From contig VRMN01000013.1 of the NCBI GenBank assembly GCA_008690995.1, positions 186,001 through 250,000 on the forward strand: 64,000 nucleotides of DNA, read 5' to 3'. This stretch comes from Porphyridium purpureum. Lineage: Eukaryota. The notes below the pieces were generated by a model, which saw nothing but the letters and a program-made list of their open reading frames with translations, did no database searches and was not told where the DNA came from. The position numbers and the translations under genes are program-made. The number at the start of each line of letters is the position of its first letter. Position 1 is the first letter of the stretch. Shown piece after piece: positions 48,259-58,796 of this stretch.

Positions 48259-49389
48259 ATGGAGATCATAGCCTTCGCGCTCGGACATCCGGTACCCGCG
48301 CAAAGGAATCTGGGTCGTCGCGCGTCATGTACCGCGCCCGGTGGCTCGCGTCCGCGCAAGCGCGCCGCGGCGCGCCGCGTGGTGCCGGCGTCAGGTGATG
48401 GTGGGTCGGGCTTGTGGTCAGGATCAGGGGCGTCAGGAGGTCGTAGATATGGCTCGTCTGGAGGAGGAGGAGATGGTGGTGGTGCCGGTGGCAGGGGTGG
48501 TGCAGGCGGGGAAGATGGCGGTGAGGCGCGCCGAGCGCAGGACGCTGCGGTTGCTGGCGCCGCGCTGGAGCTTGGGCAGGTCAAGGCCGTGTTGACCAAG
48601 TACGGGCAGACGCTGCAGTCATTGAGTGCGGACGTCAGGTTTTCAGTGACAAATGGCGAATGTACAGCGGCGGTGCTTGAGCGGGTCTTGCAGGCGGAAG
48701 CGCTGCCTTTTGGTCTAGGCGCGTTGGCGCAGCGAATCGCGCCGTTTCGGAACAGGCTCGTAGGGTCGCCGGCGTTTTTGATGACCATGGGTGTGGAGCT
48801 CGCGATCGGTTTCTCCACCAAGACGGTCGCAGAAGTGCGCACACGCAAGGAGCGCTTCTGGAAGGAGTTTGACTTTTACCTCTCTGACATTGCGCTCGAA
48901 ATTATCGGCGATTTCGTGCTCGTGTGGCTGCTCTCGCCTAGCGCATCATTTGGGCCAGCAACGAAGGCGTCGTTTCTCTCACGGTTGCCGTCGCACGTGT
49001 TCCAAAAGGGTGCGTCCTTCTCGTTGCCACAACGCATGGCGTGCCTTCTAAACAAGGGCGCGCAGTTTGCGCTGACGGGTTTCACGGCTTCTATGATTGG
49101 GCACAGCATCACCAAGGCACTTGTAGCAAGGCGGCCACTGAAAGAAGGCGAGACGCGCGCAGAACTTGCTCCAGTTTTGCAGAACTCGCTCGAGTGGGGC
49201 AAGTTCATGGGTGTGAGCTCCAATGTTCGATACATGGCTGTCAATGGCATCGAGGAAAGAATGCTGAGCAAGCTATACAGCGTCAATGTGGCCGCAGCCA
49301 CCGTTGCTACCGCGGTGCTCCGTTTTGGAAACTGCTACTTTGGCGGCGTGCATTGGCTCAAGTGGGCGCGCGAGGCGCATCTCCAGTAG
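48259..49389 (+). CDS. RETICULATA-RELATED plastid envelope protein (DUF3411)
   Basis: Transit peptide, Gly-rich linker, FRNRL..P.FL...E..I, RKERFWKEFD, LVWLLSP, FMGVSSNVRY, LRFGN.Y.GG. Confidence 0.9.
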   Translation: MEIIAFALGHPVPAQRNLGRRASCTAPGGSRPRKRAAARRVVPASGDGGSGLWSGSGASGGRRYGSSGGGGDGGGAGGRGGAGGEDGGEARRAQDAAVAGAALELGQVKAVLTKYGQTLQSLSADVRFSVTNGECTAAVLERVLQAEALPFGLGALAQRIAPFRNRLVGSPAFLMTMGVELAIGFSTKTVAEVRTRKERFWKEFDFYLSDIALEIIGDFVLVWLLSPSASFGPATKASFLSRLPSHVFQKGASFSLPQRMACLLNKGAQFALTGFTASMIGHSITKALVARRPLKEGETRAELAPVLQNSLEWGKFMGVSSNVRYMAVNGIEERMLSKLYSVNVAAATVATAVLRFGNCYFGGVHWLKWAREAHLQ

Positions 49390-49624
49390 GAAATGGCAAT
49401 GATGCATGTGTATGCATCGTGCTTGTGTCAGGTCAGGGCGCTCGCGTGCGAAACAGGAAGAGGATTTTGCGGATTATTGTAAATTGCGTGCCCATGTGTC
49501 ATGGTTGGTTTATTGTTTATTTTTATTGGGGCTCTAGTCTGCAGGTGCTCAACAGCCCTTTCCACCAAAGTCAAGCACTTCAACGCTTTTCGTTCCCTGT
49601 ATGCTGGGACCTAGCCTTTCTCGA

Positions 49625-51487
49625 CTATGGATGTAAATGAGAAACACTCGGATTCGAGACACGGAACAAGCGGGTCGCGGGCAGGAAGTATCCTTCGTAT
49701 ATGATTGTGTCCGGGCTGGTGTCGTAGTGATAGTGACCCACAAAATTGCGGTCTTCGAAAAAGTGCGTGTGTTCAAGCCGAAGACCGAGGTGCTTGCTGG
49801 CGGACGGGTCGTGGGACACCGTATAATTAACAGCGGTGAATGCGTTGCGAGGAGAAACTTGGAAGAACTTGAGCCACTTCTGCACGTCTCCAGCTTCTGT
49901 GCGAAGAGGACTTGTGCTAAAGTCCGGCATGATGTGGCCCTTGATGGATCCGGCACGCATTTGGAAAACGCCACCCAGCCCGGCAGCCGTTTGGGCTTGC
50001 TCACCGCTTTCGCCTACGCACGTAAGCAGCGCATCTCGCAGGCAACGCCCAAAATCTTTTGTGCCCGTACGCTTCTGCGCGATCACGTGCACGACACTGC
50101 CAGGTAACCCGTCGCTCAGCACCAGGTTCGCGAGGGGCCCGCACTCCAATGCGGAAGATGCCACACTTTCGGGTCGATTCTCGCCGTCTAGTCGGCCTAT
50201 CCGATTCAGCACAACGACGGGCCCAAGCTCGGGCCCGCCCGTGCCCGCAGGATGGTCGGGAGCAGCGTCGTCAGACGCCCTTAGAGGCCCTAGCCTGTCC
50301 GCCACTATCGAGTCTGCAGCAGCGTCGCATCGCATACTCCAGAAGACCTCGCAGTTCTGGCCGTGAAGCCTCGATGAACCAGCACCAGGACCATAGACTG
50401 CATAAGGTTCGGATGCGCCCACGCGGGCTGCCACCGCACGTACGTCAAAGCGACGATGGTGCTGTGGTGGGCTTTCCATGTACGGATTCCCGCCGATATC
50501 AAGTAATGAACAAGCAGCGCTGCTGCTACCAAGGCCCTCATGCGCCAAGCCCCACTCGCGCAGATTGGCACACTCGGCAATACCAGCGGTCACGCTCGCA
50601 AAATTTTCAGACAGCGCGTCTTGTAAAGCGGCGCACAATTGTTCCAGAGAGACGGCTTGCAGGGCAAGCTCCTCCACACTTAGCTGCTGTCCCAACGATG
50701 CCGAGTCTTCCATGTCCAGCATGACGACCCCGGCGTGGTCGCGTAGCTCTTCTGCGCGTGCACGGTAGTTTGATGGGTACCGATGTGACACCAGCTGCGG
50801 GGCGACATTCTGGAACGCTGCCGAGTCCAGCACTGGACTCACCCGCAGGATCTCATCCTTTGTTACGGTGTCCAGGTCGGCGGCACTCAGCATACTCACG
50901 GCGGCCGAGTAGCGGACGCCCAATTCAGCGCCTTTGTCTGCCTGTGCGCTCGACACAGGCCCAACAAACACCAGTCGTACACGTTCAGCAAAACCGTGCT
51001 CGAGAGCTCCCGGCAGTTTCTCCATGACCGCGAGTTGTTCAAAGTCCAGCACTCGCGACGCGTCCATCTGCAGCACTTGTACCGCCGTGCGGCGACGCCA
51101 CTCGGACGCGTCTGCATACAGGATCCTATTGGCCAGTGATGACGCGCACATCAATAAGCTCTGCAGCAGCACCAGGCCCAATGGCTCATATACGCACATG
51201 ACCACAGTCTCGGAATTCTCAAGCACAACATCCACCACGCGTTGGCACAAGGCGACGCCAGGCAACAATGCAGCCGCCTCACTCCCGCGCGCAGCGCAGC
51301 CGTCGTCCACCATCATCAGCGCCACATCCACCAGCTCGCGGGCCTTGCCCGCGAGTGCTAGCTTCCACGTGCGCGAGCCCAGATCAGCCAGAACCATGCC
51401 GGCGGGCAGCACGTCGTCCTCACCGTCTGTCCATTGCTTGCCCAGTACGGCAAGCCGCGACGGTGATGGCGCCACACTGGATGCCAT
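49625..51487 (-). CDS. DUF1907 / C11orf54(PTD012)-like Zn enzyme fused to an uncharacterised ~265-aa N-terminal region
   Basis: C-terminal half: SLEQL...LSENF..V, DIGG.PY, GPGAG, GLGGVF, HIMPDFS, LRLEHTHFF, GHYHYDT.P..I.YEGYF.PA. Confidence 0.85.
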   Translation of the reverse strand: MASSVAPSPSRLAVLGKQWTDGEDDVLPAGMVLADLGSRTWKLALAGKARELVDVALMMVDDGCAARGSEAAALLPGVALCQRVVDVVLENSETVVMCVYEPLGLVLLQSLLMCASSLANRILYADASEWRRRTAVQVLQMDASRVLDFEQLAVMEKLPGALEHGFAERVRLVFVGPVSSAQADKGAELGVRYSAAVSMLSAADLDTVTKDEILRVSPVLDSAAFQNVAPQLVSHRYPSNYRARAEELRDHAGVVMLDMEDSASLGQQLSVEELALQAVSLEQLCAALQDALSENFASVTAGIAECANLREWGLAHEGLGSSSAACSLLDIGGNPYMESPPQHHRRFDVRAVAARVGASEPYAVYGPGAGSSRLHGQNCEVFWSMRCDAAADSIVADRLGPLRASDDAAPDHPAGTGGPELGPVVVLNRIGRLDGENRPESVASSALECGPLANLVLSDGLPGSVVHVIAQKRTGTKDFGRCLRDALLTCVGESGEQAQTAAGLGGVFQMRAGSIKGHIMPDFSTSPLRTEAGDVQKWLKFFQVSPRNAFTAVNYTVSHDPSASKHLGLRLEHTHFFEDRNFVGHYHYDTSPDTIIYEGYFLPATRLFRVSNPSVSHLHP

Positions 51488-51650
51488 AAGTTGGCACGGC
51501 TCGGATCCGAGCAGCGCGATTCACGTCCGATGTCGCCTGAACCGACAAACGTTTCAGCCGCAACCTGCACGACTGCGGTAGTGAAGCTTCTTATCCTTCC
51601 GTGAGTTGCGTAACATTTGCTTGTTCGAAGACGATCGAAGAGCCGGAGAC

Positions 51651-52757
51651 ATGCACGTCCACCGGGTAGTGGTCGACTCGGTGGGCTTTGTGCCGTCTGT
51701 GGTCGCACGGTATGAGCGTCCAAATAATTTGACTTGGCCGACTAGCCGCTGCACACTGCGCATTGGCCGAAAAGCTGTGGCGTCGCGTGCTCAGCGTGCA
51801 CGGTGGCGGTCGACGAGCAATGAGCAAAGTCCTGCAATCCTTCTCAAGGCCAGAGAAGTGGGTGACACTGGCGCCGAGACAGAAGCTGAAGCCAGCATTG
51901 GCAATGACCCAGAGCCCAGCATGCTCGTCGCATGTTATACTGCGATGAGGCAGCCAGTGCAGGTGGTCCACGCGGTCAACTTGACCAACGGGCTCGAGTT
52001 GATGGATAATGTGGTGGAAATCATTCGACGCACGGGGCGGAATCCTGGACAACACATGACATTTTGCCGCATCCAAAGTAGCCTCTTGGAAATGCAGTGC
52101 CTGGATCAGGTTCTTTGCGAGCTGGATAGTAACGTGCTTCTCCATCTTGCCATGAACCACGTCGTGTTTGTGTACGACGTCGGATCAAGGAGCAAACACA
52201 CGAAAGTACCGCGCGCGATATGGTATGGCGTCGAGTTTATCAAGTACGCAGTGATGTACTTGTGGTTTGGCGGTGAATCGCCGCGCTTGCCTGAAAAGGT
52301 GATGCTCCGCGGACACAACGTTGCGCCGTATTGGAAGCGGCAGTGCTCTTTTCTTCAGAAGCATACCAAAAAGCGAATTCGATATTTCCGTCCGTACGCT
52401 GCGCGTTTCGATGTGCAGGACGTGCGTCTCTTTGGCGTGTGTCCCCAGTGGACGACGAACTACGACGGCAAGACAGCATTCTACTCGGATCTGCTTTTCG
52501 ACTTTGAACGCCAGCGCGGACATGCTGACACAAGTAGCGGATCACTAGCTCCGCCTTGTCAGGAAGGTGAAGCTGGCCCCTTCATACGAGAGGCCAGTCC
52601 AGCGGCGAGCCAACGCCGTTCCGAACTACCCTCTGATGTAGAATTCCAAAGAACGCTGCATACATACGGTCTTTATTTTGATGAGTACGGGCTCCGCATA
52701 CACGACGGCAACGCAGAACGGTTCGTGCAAGATGATAGGACGAGTGAGGACGGGTAG
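51651..52757 (+). CDS. Conserved-looking hypothetical protein, probably plastid-targeted
   Basis: Transit-peptide-like N-terminus (GFV...RWRS); globular core VNLTNGLE, FCRIQSS..E, LLHLA, YDVGSR, PRAIWYG.EFIKYA...LW. Confidence 0.75.
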   Translation: MHVHRVVVDSVGFVPSVVARYERPNNLTWPTSRCTLRIGRKAVASRAQRARWRSTSNEQSPAILLKAREVGDTGAETEAEASIGNDPEPSMLVACYTAMRQPVQVVHAVNLTNGLELMDNVVEIIRRTGRNPGQHMTFCRIQSSLLEMQCLDQVLCELDSNVLLHLAMNHVVFVYDVGSRSKHTKVPRAIWYGVEFIKYAVMYLWFGGESPRLPEKVMLRGHNVAPYWKRQCSFLQKHTKKRIRYFRPYAARFDVQDVRLFGVCPQWTTNYDGKTAFYSDLLFDFERQRGHADTSSGSLAPPCQEGEAGPFIREASPAASQRRSELPSDVEFQRTLHTYGLYFDEYGLRIHDGNAERFVQDDRTSEDG

Positions 52758-53040
52758 GAACGAACCGAATCACAGTCAGAAAAAGCATGAAACGCATTTT
52801 ACACTACTCACGCACGACATCTCCTGCCACCTTGGCTTCTGCCCGCTTTGAAACAGAAGATCATATGCTCATCTCAACGGCAGCTGGAATGCATTCGTTT
52901 AACGCGTTCAACCATGATATCCGACGACCATTTCCATGATGGCTTCTGGAGCGAGTAGTCGCGCCACCCATTTCAAGTTTTTTTTCGTGCGATTAGGGAG
53001 AGCCCTGTCGAGCGGGACGACTGTCGCGCTTGGTTGGGCA

Positions 53041-54972
53041 TCAAACCTCTGCTTCGCTCAGATACTCGTCCCGCGACCATGACTCGAGCACGACGCGGCT
53101 TGCGCGCTCAAATTCGAAGCCTTGGCCGATCGAGTTCTCCATTTTGCGAAGCACGAACATTTCGTTCGAGTCGGCGATCGACACCACTGTGCCAGAACGG
53201 CCCGCCCGGCCCGCCCGGCCGCCGCGGTGTATGTAGGTGTCTGTGTCAGGCGGGAGGTCGAGGTTAACGACGTGAGAAACGCGCGAGATGTCCAGTCCGC
53301 GCGTGCCTACATCTGTACTCAGCAGTACTGCCGCGTGACCGTCGCGGAACGCCGTGAGGTTTTGCTTACGCTCCGCCACTTCCATGTCGTTGCTTAGCGC
53401 AACAGCGCACAAAATGTTTCCGTGTGCGTCACGTGCGTTGGTTGGTTGCGCGTCGAATGCGGCGTTCAGAGCCTGAGCGAGGCCACGCACATCACGCGAT
53501 GTGTGCACGAACACAATGCATGCACTGGGCTGCGCAGCGAGAATAATCGCGCGCAGAGCGCTCACTTTCTTTTTGCGCTCACACTCGACAAAAAGGTGCC
53601 GAAGATTCTCCGGCACCTTGGCATCCTCCGAGTGGTACACATGGACAACATCCGACCGCGTCCAGCGCTCATTCACGCACTGCTTCAGAAAGTGACGGTG
53701 CTGCGGCACGGTCGCTGACGCAAGCACTGTCTGCCGTTGCTCGCGCCGCGCTTGGGCGCCGAGCCGCACGCGCGTTCGCGCATATGCATCTGGGGCGGCA
53801 GCGTCCTGTAAAGACTGCGAAATCACAAGCTCCGGATTTTGACCCGCAGCGGAGTTCATTTTGCGTCTTGAACCCGCACCAATAGTACTACTTGTGCCTT
53901 CATCAAGAGAGCCGTCACCGCTCTTTGGCAACGCGGCTAAAATATCTTGTAATTCTCGCGTGGTCTGCGCATCTTGCAAGCATGCGTCAAACTCATCTAC
54001 CACTAAGAATGAAATGGTGTGCAGCTGTAGTCGCCCACTCTGGACAATCTTCATGAGGCGCCCAGGTGTCGCAATCACGATACGAGGTGCGGCTTGACGA
54101 AGCTGCAGCTTTTGGCGCCGTAGGTTGGCCTGGTCAAGAAGCGGTAGCACCAAATAGTCCTTCTTGGGTAGAGAACGGTGTTCGGACACATCCGAGGCGT
54201 CCTCATCTTCTTCTTCCTCTTCTCCGCTACTGTTGTTGTCCTCACTTGAAATGGACTCTAGCTCGCTTTCACGCGTAGCATGAACGTCGTCGCATTCCAA
54301 GCTCTGGCGAGACAAAGCATTGTAACCCTTGGCTACCGCACGCGCCACACGGTAGACTTGCATTCCAAGCTCCTGCGTCGGAACGACTATGAGCGCCTGG
54401 ACAGCGGAGCGCGACAGGTCGACCTCATTCATCAACGGAATCAAATAGGCGAGCGTCTTTCCCGTACCTGTCTGCGCGTGGATCACAACATCAGGTGGAT
54501 GAGCTTGTTTTTCATCTTGGTCGCCCGGATAAAGCACATCCAGGACGTCACGCTGCACTGCGGTTGGCGTTGTGAAACCCAGTTGTAAGAGCCGCCAAAG
54601 TAGCCACGGTTGCACTCCACGAGCCTCATAATCCTTGAACTGCGAGAGCTCGGGAGATGTATTACCAAGCTCGGGAGATGTATTACCACGCTCGTCCCCA
54701 CTTTGCCCGTCTTGCCCGGCCATCCGCACAGTTTCGCCAGTCACCGCAACGATATAGTTCATACAGCGTCGCCGAGCCGCCAGCCGAGACTCGCCGTACT
54801 GAAAGCACCGCCGCCTCGCCGAAAAGTGCAGCATTCTGGCACTGACGCTACGCTCCCTGCAAGCACATGCTCGCATCGAATCCGAGCGCGCGTGAAACTT
54901 GAGCCCTGGTGCCTGCTGCGGGTGCGGCGCGGGCGCTTGCCAGCAGCAAACCCAAGCATGCTGCCGCCACAT
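53041..54972 (-). CDS. DEAD-box RNA helicase (DEFD variant), probably organellar
   Basis: Q-motif GFTTPTAVQ, AQTGTGKT, PTQEL, TPGRL, VDEFD, SAT, RGLD, YIHRGGRAGRAG. Confidence 0.92.
   Translation of the reverse strand: MWRQHAWVCCWQAPAPHPQQAPGLKFHARSDSMRACACRERSVSARMLHFSARRRCFQYGESRLAARRRCMNYIVAVTGETVRMAGQDGQSGDERGNTSPELGNTSPELSQFKDYEARGVQPWLLWRLLQLGFTTPTAVQRDVLDVLYPGDQDEKQAHPPDVVIHAQTGTGKTLAYLIPLMNEVDLSRSAVQALIVVPTQELGMQVYRVARAVAKGYNALSRQSLECDDVHATRESELESISSEDNNSSGEEEEEDEDASDVSEHRSLPKKDYLVLPLLDQANLRRQKLQLRQAAPRIVIATPGRLMKIVQSGRLQLHTISFLVVDEFDACLQDAQTTRELQDILAALPKSGDGSLDEGTSSTIGAGSRRKMNSAAGQNPELVISQSLQDAAAPDAYARTRVRLGAQARREQRQTVLASATVPQHRHFLKQCVNERWTRSDVVHVYHSEDAKVPENLRHLFVECERKKKVSALRAIILAAQPSACIVFVHTSRDVRGLAQALNAAFDAQPTNARDAHGNILCAVALSNDMEVAERKQNLTAFRDGHAAVLLSTDVGTRGLDISRVSHVVNLDLPPDTDTYIHRGGRAGRAGRSGTVVSIADSNEMFVLRKMENSIGQGFEFERASRVVLESWSRDEYLSEAEV
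54647..54688. repeat. Perfect in-frame 21-bp tandem duplication (GNTSPEL x2) in the helicase N-terminus
   Basis: agctcgggagatgtattacca repeated twice. Confidence 0.95.
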
Positions 54973-55200
54973 CCTGCAGCCGTAGCTCGCCTCGATGCCC
55001 GTGCCCGGGACAACTAGCTGCTGTGCGGTCCTTCAAAGACGCGGCACCATTCGTGGAACTCCAACGAAAAGGTTTATTCGTCGGACGTCGTATAAATAAG
55101 AGCGGCGTTCTACTTTTGCCGTGCGCCAGTTCGGCGATGACGCGGGTTTTTACACACGCGTTCTGCACGCACACAGGCTAGCGTCAACGCTGAAGCCCGC

Positions 55201-55836
55201 CTAGTATTCGAGAATAGGTTCGCCGGGGTTCGAAAGCTGTTCTATGGTCAGCTTTAGGTTGAAGCGTTTGGACAACACGATCTTGAAGAGCTTTTGCACG
55301 TTGATCGAATGTGATGCCGACGTGAAGACGAGCGGTGACTTCATGGCCTTGGCAAACTTGCGCGCGTGGTTGATCGTATCTTCCTGCTTATCTTGAGGAA
55401 GGCTGGCGAACGAATCAAATTTGGTGCCAACCAAGAACGGAATGAATGCCTGATTGAGCCCTCGCGCCTGGCGGTACCACTCCTTGACGCTCTGCAACGT
55501 GCTGCGTCGGGTCAGGTCGAACATGAAAAGAATAGCAGATGCATCCGCGCAGACCAGAGGAATCATGGAATGGAACTCGGACTCACCGCCCAAATCAAAA
55601 ATCGTGAACGTGACGGTGCGATCGCGCAGACTGATAATCTTCTCCATGAAATTGATGCCGAGCGTCTGAATGTAATCCTCATCAAACTTATTCTCCACAT
55701 ACTTGACCATGAGCGACGTCTTGCCCACGGCGCTATCCCCGAGCATTCCCACTTTGAGCTGAATATTCTTTCCTGGCCCGGCTGCTCCTGCCGCACTACT
55801 TCCGGCGCCTCCATCCCCACCACCAGCCGGCTCCAT
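55201..55836 (-). CDS. SPG1: Spg1/Tem1 small GTPase (septation initiation / mitotic exit network)
   Basis: LKVGMLGDSAVGKTSLMVKYV, DYIQTLGINFMEK, LFMFDLTR.STL.SVKEWYRQAR, SHSINVQKLFKIVL, C-terminal GEPILEY with no CaaX. Confidence 0.93.
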   Translation of the reverse strand: MEPAGGGDGGAGSSAAGAAGPGKNIQLKVGMLGDSAVGKTSLMVKYVENKFDEDYIQTLGINFMEKIISLRDRTVTFTIFDLGGESEFHSMIPLVCADASAILFMFDLTRRSTLQSVKEWYRQARGLNQAFIPFLVGTKFDSFASLPQDKQEDTINHARKFAKAMKSPLVFTSASHSINVQKLFKIVLSKRFNLKLTIEQLSNPGEPILEY

Positions 55837-56026
55837 CGCGCACAACAAGGACAACCACGCACAACCACAGACAAAAATTAAGCGAGCTTCGCGACGAATG
55901 CCTAGCGGTGTAGCCCACCCAACCCACTCGACTCGACTGCCAAGCCAATCGCCCGACTTTTTTTCCTTGTCTGTCTCTTTGGTCACTCTGCGCGCTGTGT
56001 TGTCCCAAGTGGCTCAACTGCATCGC

Positions 56027-56130
56027 AAACCGGTTTCTGCATCGGTGAACCGGATTAACCGCGCACACTGAACGGTCTAATGGTCTATCGACTAAATGGT
56101 CCGGGCCAGCGCGATATCTGGTAGAAACGG
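56027..56130. promoter_or_regulatory. MYB/MSA-like site cluster upstream of SPG1
   Basis: AAACCGGTTT (56027), GGATTAACCGCGC (56052), AACGG (56071), AAACGG (56125). Confidence 0.55.
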
Positions 56131-56741
56131 CGCGGTGACTAGAGGGAGCGCGCGATTGTCGTCAAGCAATCTGATTGTTATGATACTCTTGAAACGAGGC
56201 TTTCACGTGCGTGCGAATGACCGAGTGGGTGTGCCGCGGCTGCTGGCGGTGGATGGAAGAGTGGTCGTTGTGTGGATGTACAATAACAGCGCACAGCTCA
56301 TGATTTTTGTTGTTCTGTGACGTGCGTTCGATGCGCCTTTTGTGAAACCGTTCTGTTGCACTCTACGAACACAAGCGCCTACGCTGTGTGCGGATTGTCA
56401 AAGGCGGTCGCGGACACAAGCCCTCTAGGCACTGATTCTGACGCCAGACAATCTAGTGCAGAGAAGCCTCAGCAGAGCGCCGGCCAGTCACAAACTCGGA
56501 AATTCGGCGCTTCGTGACTCCAGCCAGCTCGCGTTGACTGCAATCGCGCGGCCGCCGCACGCACGCCCGATCCGTCTGCTCAATACTGCGCCTGGCGTCG
56601 GCTCACGAAACGGTTTAGTGGTGGTGCGCAGCACGAAAAGCGGTTTGCTTGAACGCGCATTGCTCAGGAGGTTCCACTTTGAACCGTTCAAACGGGCATA
56701 TTGAAACAATGCCAAAACATCAGGGCGCATCCATGAGACGG

Positions 56742-57620
56742 TCAACCAGTCGGCTGCTCGTCGACAAAGTAGAGCCACGCCAGCCCCTGCGCGGCATGGC
56801 TCTTCCACGTGGGGAGTGCAAAGCGCGTGCAGACGACCGCGGCTCGGCGCGGCTGCGGCGGGTCGCTTTCCTCTGCGTCTGACGTCTCGGCTGACGCAGA
56901 TGCGGGTTCGCACGCAGAAGCCGCAGTCTTGGACACCACGCTGGGCGTGCATGATTCAGCTGCCGGCGTGTGCGCGCTGCGCATTCTCCGTGCCGCAAAA
57001 TCGCGCGTCAGCTTGTTCTCAATGTCCGCCATGAATGAGCCGTCAACCCCAAACAGAACCACAAGATCGTACCCTCCGAAATCGAGCGCGAAGAGGTCGC
57101 CACGAATGTAAGTCAGGCCGCCGTGACCGTGCGGTGTGCGCACACCGGCCCCGCTCAGACGCATCGCCTTCATGCGGGAGAAAAGCACGAGCCAGAAATT
57201 CATTTCCACCCCGGTCACGCTCACTTCTCCGCCGATGTCGTTGCGGTTGCTAAACTCGCGCCACAGCGCGCGACAGACGCGGCCATCGCCACTGCCAAGA
57301 TCTACCATCCGCAGCGCGCGCCCTCGCGCCGGCGTGCCTCTGCTTGCCTGCACGGCGCGGCGGCAAAGCGTCAGCACGTCAGCGAGCTGCTGGTCTGTGG
57401 CGGGAACGTAGGGGAGCACGTGCCGTCGCAGCGCAGGTGTCAAGAACGGCGACACAGCCAACAGCGTGCCTGCCATTGCGGCGACCACTCCCAGCGCGGC
57501 GCGCACACTCGTGCCGTCGGCTTGATCTTCAAGGCGCTTGCCATGCGCCGCGTTGCTTTCGGGCGCGGGCACCCCGCGCCGCTGCGCGTCGTCGCGCTCG
57601 GCAGCAATGTGATCGACCAT
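56742..57620 (-). CDS. ATPSCKMT: FAM173-family (ATPSCKMT/ANTKMT) mitochondrial lysine methyltransferase; alternative start 57476
   Basis: PFLTPALRR..LPYVPAT..Q, VDLGSGDGR, GVEMNFWLV.FSR, VVLFGV, VVCTRFALPTW. Confidence 0.88.
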   Translation of the reverse strand: MVDHIAAERDDAQRRGVPAPESNAAHGKRLEDQADGTSVRAALGVVAAMAGTLLAVSPFLTPALRRHVLPYVPATDQQLADVLTLCRRAVQASRGTPARGRALRMVDLGSGDGRVCRALWREFSNRNDIGGEVSVTGVEMNFWLVLFSRMKAMRLSGAGVRTPHGHGGLTYIRGDLFALDFGGYDLVVLFGVDGSFMADIENKLTRDFAARRMRSAHTPAAESCTPSVVSKTAASACEPASASAETSDAEESDPPQPRRAAVVCTRFALPTWKSHAAQGLAWLYFVDEQPTG

Positions 57621-58796
57621 GTGACGCGGGTCAAGAAGCTGCCACGGGGCGCCGTGAAATGCTATGCCGAGGCGGGCACCGAGAAAGACGCCGGCGGTGT
57701 GGTGCTCAATCAGCTTGCATGGATCCAGGCGATCCGCCGGGATCCGCACAACACGCAAACCTACTTGATGGCCAAGCAGGGCACTGAGCCGCTAGAAGGG
57801 GTGTGGCTACGCGAGAAAATGCAGCAGCTCCGGATCAAGACTGACCTTGTGCAGGCGCGGCCAGAGCACAGCACGGCCCAGTCGCACGTGTTTGTCGACG
57901 CGCACACTGCGGAACGCTGTATCGTGATGCACCGTGGCGCCACGCAGACGATTGGTCCAGAGGATGTGGATGTGATGTGGGATGAGTACACTCGGACTGT
58001 GCACCGACCATCTGGCTCCGATGGGCAAGCGAGCTTATTCGCGAGCACCGAAATAAGTCAAGTGGGACTCGTGGCGGTGAACAGGTTCTTGGAACTCGCC
58101 CGGAACGCTTCGTATCCTCATGTCACATTTCTGGACGTGGACGTGCCGCCGAGCGTAGCAGACACGGCCATGGATGACGCGAATCTGGGCGTGTGGCACG
58201 AGTACGAGATGGCTCTGCGCGGCTCACGGCTCATCAAGTTTAGCTTGACATCTGCGCTACAGGTCGCAGAAATTCTCAAGGACGAAAGGCTTCGAAACGC
58301 GCACCAGGACAAGGGAGCGCTTGAGCGCGTGGAGGCTGCAGCGATGTGCGTGGAGCAGACGCTCGCGGGAAGCAGCGAGTCTGCAAGGCGGGAGTGCGTG
58401 ATGCAGTGCGCTCGCGAGCTGGGCGACATCTTGCAACCGGATATGCTGGTGGTCACAGCCGGGTCGGCCGGCTGCGCGGTGTTCGCCGACCGCGACGTGC
58501 GCCACGTGCTTGCGGAGCGCGCAAGCAAACATACTGTGACGGACACGACGGGCGCCGGCGACGCGTTTTCAGCCGGCCTTCTCGCGGCGCTCACGGAGCG
58601 ACGCGTTCATGATCCAATTCGCGGCGGTGTCCGCGCATCCTGCTCCGTCTCGCTTGCCGACGCGGCGCACGCCGCCGAATGCGCGTCGCAAGTCGCAGCG
58701 CTGTGCTGCGAGACTGCCGGCGCTCTCCCGGGCGCACATGCGAGGACACAACTCGCGCAGCTGTTTCCTTGGAACGAACCGCAACCATCTGCATGA
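57543..58796 (+). CDS. PfkB/ribokinase-family carbohydrate kinase
   Basis: VVALGSNVIDHV, AGGVVLNQ, VVTAGSAGC, DTTGAGDAFSAG. Confidence 0.9.
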   Translation: MRRVAFGRGHPAPLRVVALGSNVIDHVTRVKKLPRGAVKCYAEAGTEKDAGGVVLNQLAWIQAIRRDPHNTQTYLMAKQGTEPLEGVWLREKMQQLRIKTDLVQARPEHSTAQSHVFVDAHTAERCIVMHRGATQTIGPEDVDVMWDEYTRTVHRPSGSDGQASLFASTEISQVGLVAVNRFLELARNASYPHVTFLDVDVPPSVADTAMDDANLGVWHEYEMALRGSRLIKFSLTSALQVAEILKDERLRNAHQDKGALERVEAAAMCVEQTLAGSSESARRECVMQCARELGDILQPDMLVVTAGSAGCAVFADRDVRHVLAERASKHTVTDTTGAGDAFSAGLLAALTERRVHDPIRGGVRASCSVSLADAAHAAECASQVAALCCETAGALPGAHARTQLAQLFPWNEPQPSA

